A stretch of DNA of 43,323 nt, from positions 1 to 43,323 of the forward strand of contig DTYI01000133.1 in the NCBI GenBank assembly GCA_012961935.1. The letters are read 5' to 3'. Under the pieces are notes generated by a model. That model made no database searches. It saw nothing but the letters and a program-made list of their open reading frames with translations, and was not told where the DNA came from. Below, piece by piece: positions 1 through 10,336 of this stretch. This DNA comes from Thiotrichales bacterium. Its GTDB lineage: Bacteria; Pseudomonadota; Gammaproteobacteria; CAZUMV01. The position numbers and the translations under genes are program-made. Position 1 is the first letter of the stretch. Each line of letters begins with the position of its first letter.

Positions 1-72
1 AAATCATTCCTGATGATTTTGTCGCGCATTTTTAAGTGTGTACTTCTTTTTAACAACATCGCAGATGCGCAA

Positions 73-296
73 GTCCGTTTTTTGTGACGCGACAAGAAAG
101 AGACGAAAAAAACGCACCCGTCATTCGCCTTAATCCGTTGCTGCAAGCGTCAATCGGGGTCGTGCTGCAGGCGCTCCCGGTGCCGGCATCACTCAATCGC
201 CCATCCGAGTAGCAGTCTGGTGCAGAACAGGAATCAAGCCGTGTGCGGGGTGTCTTTTCTTTTGGTTCGTTTTCTTTGGACAAGAAAAGAAAATGA
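73..296. repeat. Non-coding palindromic repeat element (REP/MITE-like) with imperfect terminal inverted repeats
   Basis: The hairpin TCGTTTTCTTT-GGACAAGA-AAAGAAAATGA lies at 267-296. The 5' part (ACAAGAAAGAGACGAAAAAAACGCACCCG, ~92-120) is an imperfect reverse complement of CGGGGTGTCTTTTCTTTTGGTTCGTTTTCTTTGG (246-279). No convincing ORF. Confidence 0.4.
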
Positions 297-401
297 TCTC
301 GTAGCCTTTCGACTAAGCAGAAAAAGAAATGCAAACTTAATAGGCTACGAAATATACCCATGAATTTTCTTATAGAAAAGATAAATTCGTTACGAAACGA
401 T

Positions 402-1559
402 TCATGTCGCTGTTCGTCTACCATAAAAAAACAAAGCCAGCCCAAATAGGCCAGTCGCCAACAATAAAAGCTTCCCAATTTCTGGTAGAATATTTTCCAG
501 CGTACCCTGCCGTAATAAGATATCCAGATAACCCTCCAGCCCCCAGTTCATGGGTGAGAATTTTGCGACGCTTTGCATGAAGTCGGGCATGATAAATATG
601 GGCACCATGATGCCGCCGATTGCGGCCAGTAGCAGGTTGCTGATGCCGCCGATTGTGGTTGCCTGTTCGGTTGTTTTGACTAGCGTGGCAACCAGTAAGG
701 CAAAGCTGATGGCGGTGACGCTGATTGCCATTGAGATGGGGATGAGTAGCCACGGGTTTTCTGGTAATTGCAGCGCATCGCCGCCGAGCAGTGGCACAAG
801 GTAAATGCCGACTAAAAACATCAGCAGGGTTTGAATTAGATTGATGCCCAGGTAAGGGATTAATTTTCCGATTAATAAAAAACTACCGGGGATGGGGTAG
901 GTCTTTAGACGTTGTAAAGTGCCTTGCTGTTTTTCAATCAGGAAGGTGGTTGCGATCGGGATCACGACAAAGAACATGGAAAATATTAACCAGGCTGGTA
1001 CGCTTTGCTGGACTGAGGTTGGTTGTTTCGTTTTGCCTTTGCTTTTGAATAATTCGTGAACGGATATTAGTTCAGATAATTTTGTGTCTTGAGTGTCTTC
1101 AGGATTTCTGGTTTGCGGAACCTTTTTCAGAAGCTGCTGCAGTTTTTCTGCGGTTAGAACCTGGCTGATTGATGCAAGAATAAGTTGCCGCAGTTGGGGA
1201 GGTGTAGAAGGTGCGTAATAAATTTCCAGTTGTGGTTGTTCAGCAGAGTTTATGTTTTTTGGAATCAGTATTGCCGCGTTGATCTCATCATTTTTTGCAG
1301 ATTCTTTTATGGTTTCAATTTCTTGAAAAGAAGCAACCTGAAAACCTTTTATATTCTCAAGTTTGCTTTTTAATTGGTGGCCACTGTCTTCCAGCCATAA
1401 ACCAATTTCAGGTTTGTTATCGGTTTCCTGCTCCATCGTATTTTTCAGGCTGAGTGACATAATCAGGATGAAGGTCATCGGCATGATGAAAAGCACAGCA
1501 AGTGCGTGGATGTCGCGAGTGACCAGTAAGAGTTCTTTTTTCAGGATGGCCGCAAACAT
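402..1559 (-). CDS. ABC-2 type transporter permease
   Basis: Starts MFAAILKKELLLVTRD, with one N-terminal TM helix, a periplasmic loop and a C-terminal multi-TM ABC2_membrane region (EKQQGTL.RL; GG..VP..MP). Start moved to ATG 1559, 1 nt after the ATPase stop. Confidence 0.88.
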   Translation of the reverse strand: MFAAILKKELLLVTRDIHALAVLFIMPMTFILIMSLSLKNTMEQETDNKPEIGLWLEDSGHQLKSKLENIKGFQVASFQEIETIKESAKNDEINAAILIPKNINSAEQPQLEIYYAPSTPPQLRQLILASISQVLTAEKLQQLLKKVPQTRNPEDTQDTKLSELISVHELFKSKGKTKQPTSVQQSVPAWLIFSMFFVVIPIATTFLIEKQQGTLQRLKTYPIPGSFLLIGKLIPYLGINLIQTLLMFLVGIYLVPLLGGDALQLPENPWLLIPISMAISVTAISFALLVATLVKTTEQATTIGGISNLLLAAIGGIMVPIFIMPDFMQSVAKFSPMNWGLEGYLDILLRQGTLENILPEIGKLLLLATGLFGLALFFYGRRTAT

Positions 1560-1560
1560 G

Positions 1561-2475
1561 TTAGTCCCTGAGTGTTGTGCGTGTGAGTTTAAAAAATAAT
1601 GATTCCAATGTCTGGCTGCCAAATTCTATGTGCGTGATGTTGAGCCCATTTGCCTGTAGTTTTTGTATGAGTTCAGGCAGTTTTTGCGTGTCTTTTAAAA
1701 TGGCTTCAAACTGGTTGCCCTGTTGTTTAAAACTGTCCTGCGCAAAAAATGGCATGAGTGTTGCGCTTTTTGCGTTGATCTCCCGGTCGGTCTGAATGCT
1801 GATATGTGTTTTCTGTTTTAGTAAATCATTTATTTTTCCAGTCATTAAAATATTTCCATGATCCATAATGGCGATGTTGTCGCAAAGTTGTTCAACCTCC
1901 TCCATATAATGGCTGGTGTAGAGAATGGTCGTGCCTTTTTCATTCAGTGACTTTATGGCCTGCAAAATAAAATGACGGGACTGTGGGTCGATGCCGACAG
2001 TGGGTTCGTCTAGAATGAGTAATTCTGGATTGTTGAGCAAGCCAATTGCCAGATTAAGGCGACGTTTGAGTCCGCCTGAAAAGTGTTTAGCTACTCTGTT
2101 TTTATGAGAGTCGAGACCAGTTGTTTCGACAGCTTTTTCTATGCTGTATTTTCTGTTTTTGTTGGGAGATAGTGCAGCAAAGAAAGAAAGATTTTCAGAA
2201 ACAGTTAGCTGAGGATAAAAAGCATAATCCTGGGGTACGACTGAAAGTTGTTGCAGGATGCGTGAACGATGCCGGTCATAGTTCATGCCACTGATTTCGA
2301 GGCTACCTTTTTGTGGTTTGTTTAATCCGGTGATGAGCGAGATCAATGTCGTTTTGCCTGCACCGTTCGGGCCCAGTAATCCAAATATTGCGCCTCTTCG
2401 AATCTCAAGGTTAACAGCGTTGAGTACCCGTGTTTCAGTGTCGTATGAGAAATCTATGTCGCGGGCTTTTATCAC
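1561..2475 (-). CDS. ABC transporter ATP-binding protein (DrrA/CcmA-like)
   Basis: Walker A GPNGAGKTT, signature FSGGLKRR, Walker B LILDEPT, H-loop TSHY. Confidence 0.93.
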   Translation of the reverse strand: MIKARDIDFSYDTETRVLNAVNLEIRRGAIFGLLGPNGAGKTTLISLITGLNKPQKGSLEISGMNYDRHRSRILQQLSVVPQDYAFYPQLTVSENLSFFAALSPNKNRKYSIEKAVETTGLDSHKNRVAKHFSGGLKRRLNLAIGLLNNPELLILDEPTVGIDPQSRHFILQAIKSLNEKGTTILYTSHYMEEVEQLCDNIAIMDHGNILMTGKINDLLKQKTHISIQTDREINAKSATLMPFFAQDSFKQQGNQFEAILKDTQKLPELIQKLQANGLNITHIEFGSQTLESLFFKLTRTTLRD

Positions 2476-2598
2476 GGTAAATGGTTGAATCTTTGAAACA
2501 GCGCATTATGCCGGATGGACTAAAAAAATGTAATGACTTCTATATCGTGTGAAAATAGCAGAGAATGATAGATTCTTCCCTAAATATAACGGTCTGGT

Positions 2599-3174
2599 TT
2601 GAGTAAGCTCGCTTTTAAAAACAAGCTTTTATTTCTGTTGATGTGTTTCGCAGTGGCGCAGCACGCTGCATTCGCAGAATCAATCGATGCAAAATTTTCG
2701 ATTAGCGATATCAGGAGTGAATTAAAAGAGGGTGTTTATCATTTAAATGCCAGACTGGATTTGCAGTTGGGTGATGAAATGCGCGAAGCACTGCGCAACG
2801 GCGTGCCGCTGGTTTTTGTGCTGGAGCTGGAAATTCTTGAGCCCAGATTTAAATGGCTGAATCGTGAAGTTGCGCATGTCGAGCAGCGTTATGAGCTGCG
2901 TTATCATGCGCTCAGTCAACAGTATTTGCTGACTAATTTAAATACGGGGATTCAGTCGGCCTTCCATAACCTTACCTTTGCTTTGAGTAAATTAAGTTAT
3001 ATTGAAAATTTACCGCTACTGGATGCGGATGTTATTGAAGGTCGGGATGATGTGCTTGCCCGGCTGCGGATTCGGCTTGATGTGGGCAAGTTGCCATTGC
3101 CGCTTAAAATTCGTGCCTACACCAGTCAGAACTGGTATACAACAAGCACCTGGGTGCGGTGGGCATTGCAATGA
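2599..3174 (+). CDS. DUF4390 domain periplasmic protein
   Basis: Signal peptide; ALRNGVPL, LRYHALSQQY and LDVGKLPLPL motifs; sits in its usual position just upstream of an NtrY-like kinase, with an ATGA overlap. Confidence 0.8.
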   Translation: MSKLAFKNKLLFLLMCFAVAQHAAFAESIDAKFSISDIRSELKEGVYHLNARLDLQLGDEMREALRNGVPLVFVLELEILEPRFKWLNREVAHVEQRYELRYHALSQQYLLTNLNTGIQSAFHNLTFALSKLSYIENLPLLDADVIEGRDDVLARLRIRLDVGKLPLPLKIRAYTSQNWYTTSTWVRWALQ

Positions 3175-5369
3175 GGCGCTGGCGCTGGATCATCCGTTCT
3201 CTGCCGATGCTGGTGTTGTTTGTCCTGATTCTGGTGTCGCTCAATTTCATGAGTCTTGCGGCGAGCGACTCGGATCGGTTTGATCAACTTTATATCGGCC
3301 TGCTGTTATTTAATGGCGCGATGCTGCTATTGCTGACGGTTATTATCATTGTCCGTCTGTTTGTTCTCATCCGACAACTTTATAAGCGAGACTCTGGCGC
3401 TCGCCTGACCTGGCGTCTGGTATTGATGTTTATCGTTGTTGCGCTGGTGCCCGTGCTGATGGTGTATGGCTTTTCAGTTCGTTTTCTCGGCAGCGGTATT
3501 GATAGCTGGTTTGACGTGAAAATTGAGCAATCACTTGAAGATGCGCTGGAACTCAGTCGGTTGTCGCTTGAATATCGCATGCAGGAAGACCTCAACCAGG
3601 TCGAGCAAGCCGCGGAGGAACTGGCGAATATTCCTGAGGTACTGGCTGGTTTGAGCTTGAACGATATCCGTCGCCGCGCGGGTGCAGTGGAGATGGCGCT
3701 GTTGGGAAATAATAATCGGATTATCGCAACCAGCAGTGAGCAGTATGAGCTTGCAGTTCCCAAATTCCCGACGGAAGATATCATGTTGTTATTAGGCCAG
3801 GGGCAAAACTATATCGGTCTGGAACCCGCCGGAGAAGATGGCTTGCGTATCCGTGCGGTGGTGCGAATCAAGCCGGATGGGCGTATTTCCGAGTCCAAAG
3901 TGCTTGTGGCATTATTTCCGGTTTCACAACGTATCAGCGCACTGGCCGATAGTGTCCAGGCGGCTTATGGTGAATACAAAGGGCTGGTTTTCCTGCGCAA
4001 GCCATTGAAGCGCAGCTTTAAACTGACGCTGGCGCTGGTCTTGCTACTGAGTACCCTGTTTGCGATCTGGGCTGCATTTGCCATGGCGCGAAGGTTGCTC
4101 TCGCCGATTGTTGAACTGGCTGAAGCAACCAGGGCTGTCGCCGCGGGTGACTATGAACAAAAATTACCCGTGTTGCAGTCTGATGAGATGGGTTTTCTGG
4201 TTAAATCTTTTAATGAAATGACAGCACGCATGGATCAGGCGAGAATGGCCGCCGAGTTGAGTCAACGTGTGGCGGAAAGTCAGCGCAGCTATTTACAGGC
4301 TGTTCTGGGGCATTTAACGACCGGCGTATTGACCATTGATGCGGGGAATAACCTGCGTACCGCCAATGATGCGGCCAACGCTATCCTGGAAACCCGAATG
4401 CTGTTGCAGCAATATATCGGCAGGCCGTTTGCTGAAGTCTGCAAAGGTTCGCCGTTACTGGAAGATTTCTGCAAGAAGATTGGCCCTGAGCTAAGGAGTA
4501 GAACACCAGAATGGCAGCGGGAGGTGCATCTGTTCGGCGCGACCGGGCGGAAAGTTTTACTATGCCGGGGTGTGGAATTACCGGCAACTGCCAGTAAAGG
4601 GAGTGGACAAATTATTGTCTTTGATGACGTTACTAATATGATCAAAGTTCAACGAGATGCTGCCTGGGGTGAAGTGGCAAGGCGCCTTGCGCACGAAATC
4701 AAAAACCCGCTGACGCCGATACAGCTTTCAGCGGAACGTTTGCAGCATAAGCTGGGAAAGGATTTGTCGGCGAAGCAACAGGAAGTTTTGCAGCGCGCCA
4801 CCCATACCATCATTCAACAGGTGGACGCGATGAAAGAAATGGTCAACGAGTTCAGGGATTATGCCAGCACACCGGAGCCAGTGCTGGAGAAATGTGATTT
4901 GAATGCGCTGGTTAAAGAGGTTGCTGATTTGTATACCGATTTTCGTCCGGGAGTTCAGGTGCAGTTAGATCTGGATAAACGTTTGCCGGAAGTCATTGTG
5001 GATGCTGGACGGATTCGCCAGGTGCTACATAATCTGATTAAAAATGGCTTTGAAGCCCTCAAGGCTGAAACGCAAGGTGAACTGAATATCGCCACCCAGA
5101 AGTTTTCATCAGCCCAGGGTGATTATGTTGAGTTACGCGTCAGTGATAGCGGACATGGTATCTCAGAGGATATGATAGATACCCTGTTCGAACCTTATGC
5201 GACCAACAAGACTAAAGGTACTGGACTGGGGCTTGCGATTGTAAAGAAGATTGCTGAAGAGCATGGTGGTATTGTGATCGCCAGAAACCAGCCGCAGGGT
5301 GGCGCACAAATTGTTATTCGCCTGCCGAGTCGTCGGCGGCTGAATACTGTACAGGAGAAAACTGCATGA
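3171..5369 (+). CDS. ntrY: NtrY-type sensor histidine kinase (TM-HAMP-PAS-HisKA-HATPase)
   Basis: IDSWFD..IEQSLEDALEL, HAMP, H-box WGEVARRLAHEIKNPLTPIQLSAERL, and N/G1/F/G2 boxes (NLIKN, DSGHG, LFEPY, GTGLGL). ATG 3171 overlaps the upstream TGA. Confidence 0.85.
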   Translation: MRRWRWIIRSLPMLVLFVLILVSLNFMSLAASDSDRFDQLYIGLLLFNGAMLLLLTVIIIVRLFVLIRQLYKRDSGARLTWRLVLMFIVVALVPVLMVYGFSVRFLGSGIDSWFDVKIEQSLEDALELSRLSLEYRMQEDLNQVEQAAEELANIPEVLAGLSLNDIRRRAGAVEMALLGNNNRIIATSSEQYELAVPKFPTEDIMLLLGQGQNYIGLEPAGEDGLRIRAVVRIKPDGRISESKVLVALFPVSQRISALADSVQAAYGEYKGLVFLRKPLKRSFKLTLALVLLLSTLFAIWAAFAMARRLLSPIVELAEATRAVAAGDYEQKLPVLQSDEMGFLVKSFNEMTARMDQARMAAELSQRVAESQRSYLQAVLGHLTTGVLTIDAGNNLRTANDAANAILETRMLLQQYIGRPFAEVCKGSPLLEDFCKKIGPELRSRTPEWQREVHLFGATGRKVLLCRGVELPATASKGSGQIIVFDDVTNMIKVQRDAAWGEVARRLAHEIKNPLTPIQLSAERLQHKLGKDLSAKQQEVLQRATHTIIQQVDAMKEMVNEFRDYASTPEPVLEKCDLNALVKEVADLYTDFRPGVQVQLDLDKRLPEVIVDAGRIRQVLHNLIKNGFEALKAETQGELNIATQKFSSAQGDYVELRVSDSGHGISEDMIDTLFEPYATNKTKGTGLGLAIVKKIAEEHGGIVIARNQPQGGAQIVIRLPSRRRLNTVQEKTA

Positions 5370-6718
5370 CAGCACAACGTATATTAGTGGTGGATGACGA
5401 GCCTGAAATCCGCAACGCAGTAAAGGACATTCTTGAAGACGAAGGCTTCGATGTCAGCCTGGCTGAAAGCGCGGCCCAGGCCAGAGAGCAACGTAAACAG
5501 CAACAGCCTGATCTGGTGCTGCTGGATATATGGATGCCGGATGAAGATGGCGTCAGCCTGCTCAAAGACTGGAAGCAGAATGAAGACATGCAGACCCCTA
5601 TCGTGATGATGTCGGGTCACGGTACGGTGGAAACAGCCGTTGAAGCAACTCGACACGGCGCTTTTGATTTTATTGAGAAGCCGCTTTCTCTAGCCAAGTT
5701 GTTGCGCGTAACAACTCAGGCGCTTGAATCCGCCAATCAAGCCAGGCCTGCTACAGCTCCTAAAATCGAAGTGATAGAGCCAGTGGGAACCAGCCCGCAA
5801 ATGCAGCATCTGCGTGAGCAGCTTCAGCGTGCAGCACAGCATGACACCTGGGTGATGCTGACAGGTGAAGCCGGTTCCGGCAAATCCATGGTGGCGCGTT
5901 ACATTCACGCCAACAGCGCCAGGGCTAAAAAGCCATTTATTGAGCTGACCACGATGGGGCTGGATGCCGAAGAAATCACGGCACAGCTGTTTGGTCGTGA
6001 CGGGCAGGCTGGGTTGCTGGAGCAGGCCAGCGGCGGCACGTTATACATCAACGAGGTCGCGAATCTTGATTTACAGGCTCAGGCATTATTGGTCAATGCG
6101 CTGGAACAAAAAGGCATCACGCGGAAAAGCGATGGACAAAAAATTGCGCTGGATATGCGGATTATGGCGTCTACCCAGCACGACCTGAATCAGCGCGTGG
6201 CGGATAAAGCCTTCCGCGAAGACCTGTACTACCATTTGAATGTTCTTCCTTTGCGGCTGCCTGCTCTGCGTGAGCATGCAGAAGATATTCCAGAGCTGTT
6301 GGCTTTTTATGTCGATTACTTCAACACTTATGAAGGATTGGCGTTTCGACATTTCACCCTGGCGGCGCAAAACTATCTGCGCTATTACAGTTGGCCGGGT
6401 AATGTCCGGCAATTACGTAACCTGGTGCAGCGATTGCTGGTCATGGGAGATGGTACTGAAATCAGTCAGGATGAAGCAGAAGAAGCGTTGCTCAGTGATC
6501 GCGTGGCTCAGGTGCAGGAAGGCGCGTCCGACATTCTGGGTGAGGCGATGGAGCTACCGTTACGTGAAGCACGAGAAGTTTTCGAACGCGAATACCTGAT
6601 TCGTCAGCTGGAAAAATGTCATGGCAATGTCAGCCGTCTGGCCGAACGGGTAGGGATGGAGCGGACCCACCTTTATCGTAAAATGCGCGCGCTGGGTGTG
6701 AATCCAAAAAGAAACTGA
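5366..6718 (+). CDS. ntrX: NtrX-type response regulator (REC-AAA+-Fis HTH)
   Basis: Receiver (VVDDE, LLDIWMP, MSGHG, FIEKP), Walker A GEAGSGKS, FREDLYY, WPGNVRQL and C-terminal HTH GMERTHLYRK. Lacks GAFTGA. Confidence 0.85.
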   Translation: MTAQRILVVDDEPEIRNAVKDILEDEGFDVSLAESAAQAREQRKQQQPDLVLLDIWMPDEDGVSLLKDWKQNEDMQTPIVMMSGHGTVETAVEATRHGAFDFIEKPLSLAKLLRVTTQALESANQARPATAPKIEVIEPVGTSPQMQHLREQLQRAAQHDTWVMLTGEAGSGKSMVARYIHANSARAKKPFIELTTMGLDAEEITAQLFGRDGQAGLLEQASGGTLYINEVANLDLQAQALLVNALEQKGITRKSDGQKIALDMRIMASTQHDLNQRVADKAFREDLYYHLNVLPLRLPALREHAEDIPELLAFYVDYFNTYEGLAFRHFTLAAQNYLRYYSWPGNVRQLRNLVQRLLVMGDGTEISQDEAEEALLSDRVAQVQEGASDILGEAMELPLREAREVFEREYLIRQLEKCHGNVSRLAERVGMERTHLYRKMRALGVNPKRN

Positions 6719-6731
6719 GAACACTCGACAA

Positions 6732-8105
6732 ATGAAAATAATAATACTGGGCGCTGGGCAGGTTGGTTCCTCACTGGCCCAGCATCTGGCCAGCGAGGCA
6801 AATGACATCACAGTTGTTGATACCAATCGTGAGGTGCTTCGTGAGTTGCAGGATCGTCTTGATCTGCGCACGGTCGGTGGTCACTGTGCGCATCCAGATG
6901 TGCTGGAGCAGGCCAACGTCGAAGACGCTGATATGGTGATTGCCGTCACCGACAGCGATGAAACCAATATGGTCGCCTGCCAGATTGCCTACACGCTTTA
7001 TCACACGCCAACCAAAATCGCCCGGGTTCGAGAAGGGAGTTATCTGCAGCATCCAGAGCTTTTTGTGCAGGAGGCCTTGCCTGTTGATGTGCTGATCAGC
7101 CCGGAGCAACTGGTGACCGATCATGTCGTCCGCCTGATTCGTCACCCTGGTGCCTTGCAGGTGCTTGATTTTGCCGATGGCCGGGTACAACTGGTTGCCG
7201 TGCGAGCCTACTATGGTGGCCCATTGGTCGGACATGAACTGCGTGAACTCTCTGAGCATATGCCGGGTATTCAGACACGGGTGACCGCTATCTTCCGAGG
7301 TGGGCAGCCGATCAAAGTTGATGGCCATACCGTGATCGAAGCGGATGATGAGGTATTTTTTATCGCGGCCCCCAAACATATTCGCGCCATTATCAGTGAA
7401 TTACGGCAGGTCGATAAACCATACAAACGGATCATGATTGCAGGTGGCGGAAATATTGGTCGACGGCTGGCGCAGGCGCTGGAGTCACGCTATCAGGTCA
7501 AGATAATCGAGCGTGATGCCGAACGCTGCCGTTTCCTGGCTGAAGCCCTCAACGATACGATTGTGCTGCGCGCTGACGCGGCGGATGAAAGTGTGCTGGT
7601 CGAGGAGAATATCGAAAGCATGGACGTTTTTGTCGCGCTAACCAGTGACGATGAAGCCAATATTCTTTCAGCTATGCTGGCCAGACGTCTGGGTGCACGC
7701 AAGGTGATGTCGCTGATTAACCGACCCAGTTATGTTCAGCTCGTTGAAAGTGGTGTGGTGGATGTTGCTATTTCGCCACAGCAGATTACCATCGGCGCAC
7801 TGCTGACCCATATCCGCCGAGGCGATATGGTGTCCGTGCATTCACTGCGCCATGGTGCGGCCGAAGCGATTGAGGTCATCGCCCATGGTGATGCAAAAAC
7901 TTCCAAAGTTGTGGGTAGTCGGATTGATGAATTAAACCTGCCGGAAGGTACGCATATCGCAACATTGGTGCGTGAGGATCAGGTCATCATGGCGCACCAT
8001 GACGCCGTGATCGAAGCCGAAGATCACATCATTTTATTTGTCTCTGATAAACGGCGTATTACAGAAGTGGAGCAGATGTTCCAGGTTGGCGTGACTTTTA
8101 TCTAG
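6732..8105 (+). CDS. trkA: Trk system potassium uptake NAD-binding subunit
   Basis: MKIIILGAGQVG and a second GGGNIG Rossmann motif; two RCK N/C pairs; 457 aa. Confidence 0.96.
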   Translation: MKIIILGAGQVGSSLAQHLASEANDITVVDTNREVLRELQDRLDLRTVGGHCAHPDVLEQANVEDADMVIAVTDSDETNMVACQIAYTLYHTPTKIARVREGSYLQHPELFVQEALPVDVLISPEQLVTDHVVRLIRHPGALQVLDFADGRVQLVAVRAYYGGPLVGHELRELSEHMPGIQTRVTAIFRGGQPIKVDGHTVIEADDEVFFIAAPKHIRAIISELRQVDKPYKRIMIAGGGNIGRRLAQALESRYQVKIIERDAERCRFLAEALNDTIVLRADAADESVLVEENIESMDVFVALTSDDEANILSAMLARRLGARKVMSLINRPSYVQLVESGVVDVAISPQQITIGALLTHIRRGDMVSVHSLRHGAAEAIEVIAHGDAKTSKVVGSRIDELNLPEGTHIATLVREDQVIMAHHDAVIEAEDHIILFVSDKRRITEVEQMFQVGVTFI

Positions 8106-8125
8106 AGTCTGGAGCCATTAAAAAA

Positions 8126-9574
8126 ATGCAAATCCGGGTCGTACAAAGAATTTTGGGGTTACTGCTGATGATCTTCAGTCTCAGCATGCTGCCCTCTGCG
8201 ATTGTCGGTATGGTCGATGGTGGCCGAAGTGTTGCGCCATTCTTTGAAGGTTTTCTGCTTGTGCTGCTGGCTGGACTCGTATCATGGCTCCCGGCGCGGA
8301 ATGAAAAACGAGAATTACGTCTGCGTGATGGATTTTTAGTAGTTGTTCTCTTCTGGACAGTGCTTGGCCTGGCAGGTTCGGTACCTTTTATGCTTTCTGA
8401 GGCGCCCCATCTTTCTATCGCAGATGCAGTATTTGAATCGGTATCGGCGCTGACGACAACGGGTGCGACCGTCATTACCGGGCTGGATGATTTGCCCAAA
8501 AGTATTCTTTTTTACCGTCAGCAATTACAGTGGATGGGTGGCATGGGTATTATTGTGCTGGCGGTCGCCATCCTGCCCATGTTGGGTATCGGTGGCATGC
8601 AGCTTTACCGCGCGGAAACACCTGGGCCAGTCAAGGACAGCAAGCTCACCCCACGAATCACCGAAACAGCCAAGGCGCTCTGGTATATTTACCTGACCTT
8701 AACGGTTGCTTGTGGAGTGGCTTACTGGGCTGCCGGTATGGGCGTTTTTGATGCGGTTGTACACAGTTTTTCTACCGTGGCAATTGGTGGTTTTTCAACG
8801 CATGATGCCAGCATTGGTTATTTTAATAATGTAGCAATAGAATCCATCGCAATTGTGTTTATGCTGATATCGGGTGTAAATTATGCGCTGCATTTTACCG
8901 TCTGGAGAAATCATAATCCGATTACCTACTGGCATGATTCGGAATTCAAAACCTATATTATTCTGATTGGCCTCTCTGCCATGATTGTGATCGGATATCT
9001 TTTCCTTTCCACCAATACCCATCCTGTAGATGCTGTTCGGCAAGGTCTGTTTCAAACTGTCTCAATTGCCACCACGACCGGATTTTCCACAGCTGATTTC
9101 AGTGTCTGGCCTGCATTTCTGCCAGTATTATTGTTGTTTCTCAGTTTTTCTGGCGGTTGTGCAGGATCAACTGGTGGCGGCATGAAAGTGATTCGAGTGC
9201 TGTTGCTGCTCAAGCAGGGCAGTCGGGAATTGAAACGACTGATTCATCCCAATGCGCAGTTTGTCGTCAAGGTGGGGAACAAGCCTACGTCAGATACCGT
9301 GATTGAAGCGGTGTGGGGGTTTTTCTCTGCTTATATTTTGGTCTTCGTCATATTAATGTTACTGGTGATGGGTTCAGGGCTGGATCAGGTGACGGCTTTT
9401 TCTGCAGTTGCCGCCTCTATGAATAACCTGGGCCCGGGTCTGGGAAAAGTCGCCTCGAATTATCAGGGCATCAGTGATTTTGCCAAGTGGGTGTTGAGTT
9501 TTGCCATGATTATGGGGCGTCTGGAAATTTTTACGTTACTGGTGTTGCTGACCCCGGCTTTCTGGCGGCGTTAG
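8126..9574 (+). CDS. trkH: Trk system potassium uptake membrane subunit
   Basis: Four filter motifs (TTTGA, AIGGF, TTTGF, NNLGP), GGCAGSTGGG and C-terminal GRLEI...FWRR. Confidence 0.96.
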   Translation: MQIRVVQRILGLLLMIFSLSMLPSAIVGMVDGGRSVAPFFEGFLLVLLAGLVSWLPARNEKRELRLRDGFLVVVLFWTVLGLAGSVPFMLSEAPHLSIADAVFESVSALTTTGATVITGLDDLPKSILFYRQQLQWMGGMGIIVLAVAILPMLGIGGMQLYRAETPGPVKDSKLTPRITETAKALWYIYLTLTVACGVAYWAAGMGVFDAVVHSFSTVAIGGFSTHDASIGYFNNVAIESIAIVFMLISGVNYALHFTVWRNHNPITYWHDSEFKTYIILIGLSAMIVIGYLFLSTNTHPVDAVRQGLFQTVSIATTTGFSTADFSVWPAFLPVLLLFLSFSGGCAGSTGGGMKVIRVLLLLKQGSRELKRLIHPNAQFVVKVGNKPTSDTVIEAVWGFFSAYILVFVILMLLVMGSGLDQVTAFSAVAASMNNLGPGLGKVASNYQGISDFAKWVLSFAMIMGRLEIFTLLVLLTPAFWRR

Positions 9575-9591
9575 AGACGTTTGGTTTTGGT

Positions 9592-10206
9592 ATGAATCAA
9601 AATGAAAAATGGAATCAGCGCTATTCAGAAATGGCTGAGGCTGGTGAACCTGCGAAAGTATTAACGGACTTCTCCCATCTTCTGCCCGCTGAGGGTATTG
9701 CGCTCGATCTGGCTTGTGGCCTGGGCGCGAATGCCCTGTTTCTTGCGCGTCAAGGACTGACAGTGCAGGCCTGGGATACAAGCCAGGTCGCGCTAACAAA
9801 GTTGCAGGCCAGTGCTGCCTGCCAGCGGTTAAAGATTCAGACACGACAGCGAGACTGTGAACAACATCCACCCGAGCCTGAAACACTGGATGTGCTGGTA
9901 GTGAGCCATTTTCTCTATCGTCCCATCCTGAATGCGCTTGTTGAAAGCTTGCGACCAGGTGGGTTGATTTATTATGAAACGCATACTCTGGAACGGCCTG
10001 GCCATGTAACCGGGCCATCAAATCCGGACTACTTGCTAAAACCGGGTGAGTTACTTGATGTATTTGGCCAGCTTCAGGTTCATACCTATCGTGAAGACGG
10101 GATGGTCGGTGATTTGCAGAAAGGGTGGCGAGGGAAGGCGAGTATTGTTGCCAGCAAGGCGGGCTCTAGCCCGCATTTCTCACAGGTTATCACGAATCTC
10201 GCTTGA
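9592..10206 (+). CDS. Class I SAM-dependent methyltransferase (TehB-like)
   Basis: KWNQRY start, ALDLACGLGANA motif I, LRPGGLIYY, NPDYLLKPGEL. Start moved to ATG 9592. Confidence 0.82.
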   Translation: MNQNEKWNQRYSEMAEAGEPAKVLTDFSHLLPAEGIALDLACGLGANALFLARQGLTVQAWDTSQVALTKLQASAACQRLKIQTRQRDCEQHPPEPETLDVLVVSHFLYRPILNALVESLRPGGLIYYETHTLERPGHVTGPSNPDYLLKPGELLDVFGQLQVHTYREDGMVGDLQKGWRGKASIVASKAGSSPHFSQVITNLA

Positions 10207-10336
10207 TCTTTAATTCCACAAGGGATTTGTCTGAACTCGGAAATACACTCTGGTATTCCGCTCCTTCAGACAAACCCCTTGTGAAATCAAATCTGCAGCG
10301 CGATATTCGCAACACCCTGTGAGAAATGTGGGCTAG

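Noticed and set aside
50-478. 142-aa minus-strand ORF
   Set aside because: It overlaps the permease 3' end and runs through a palindromic repeat; composition is not protein-like.
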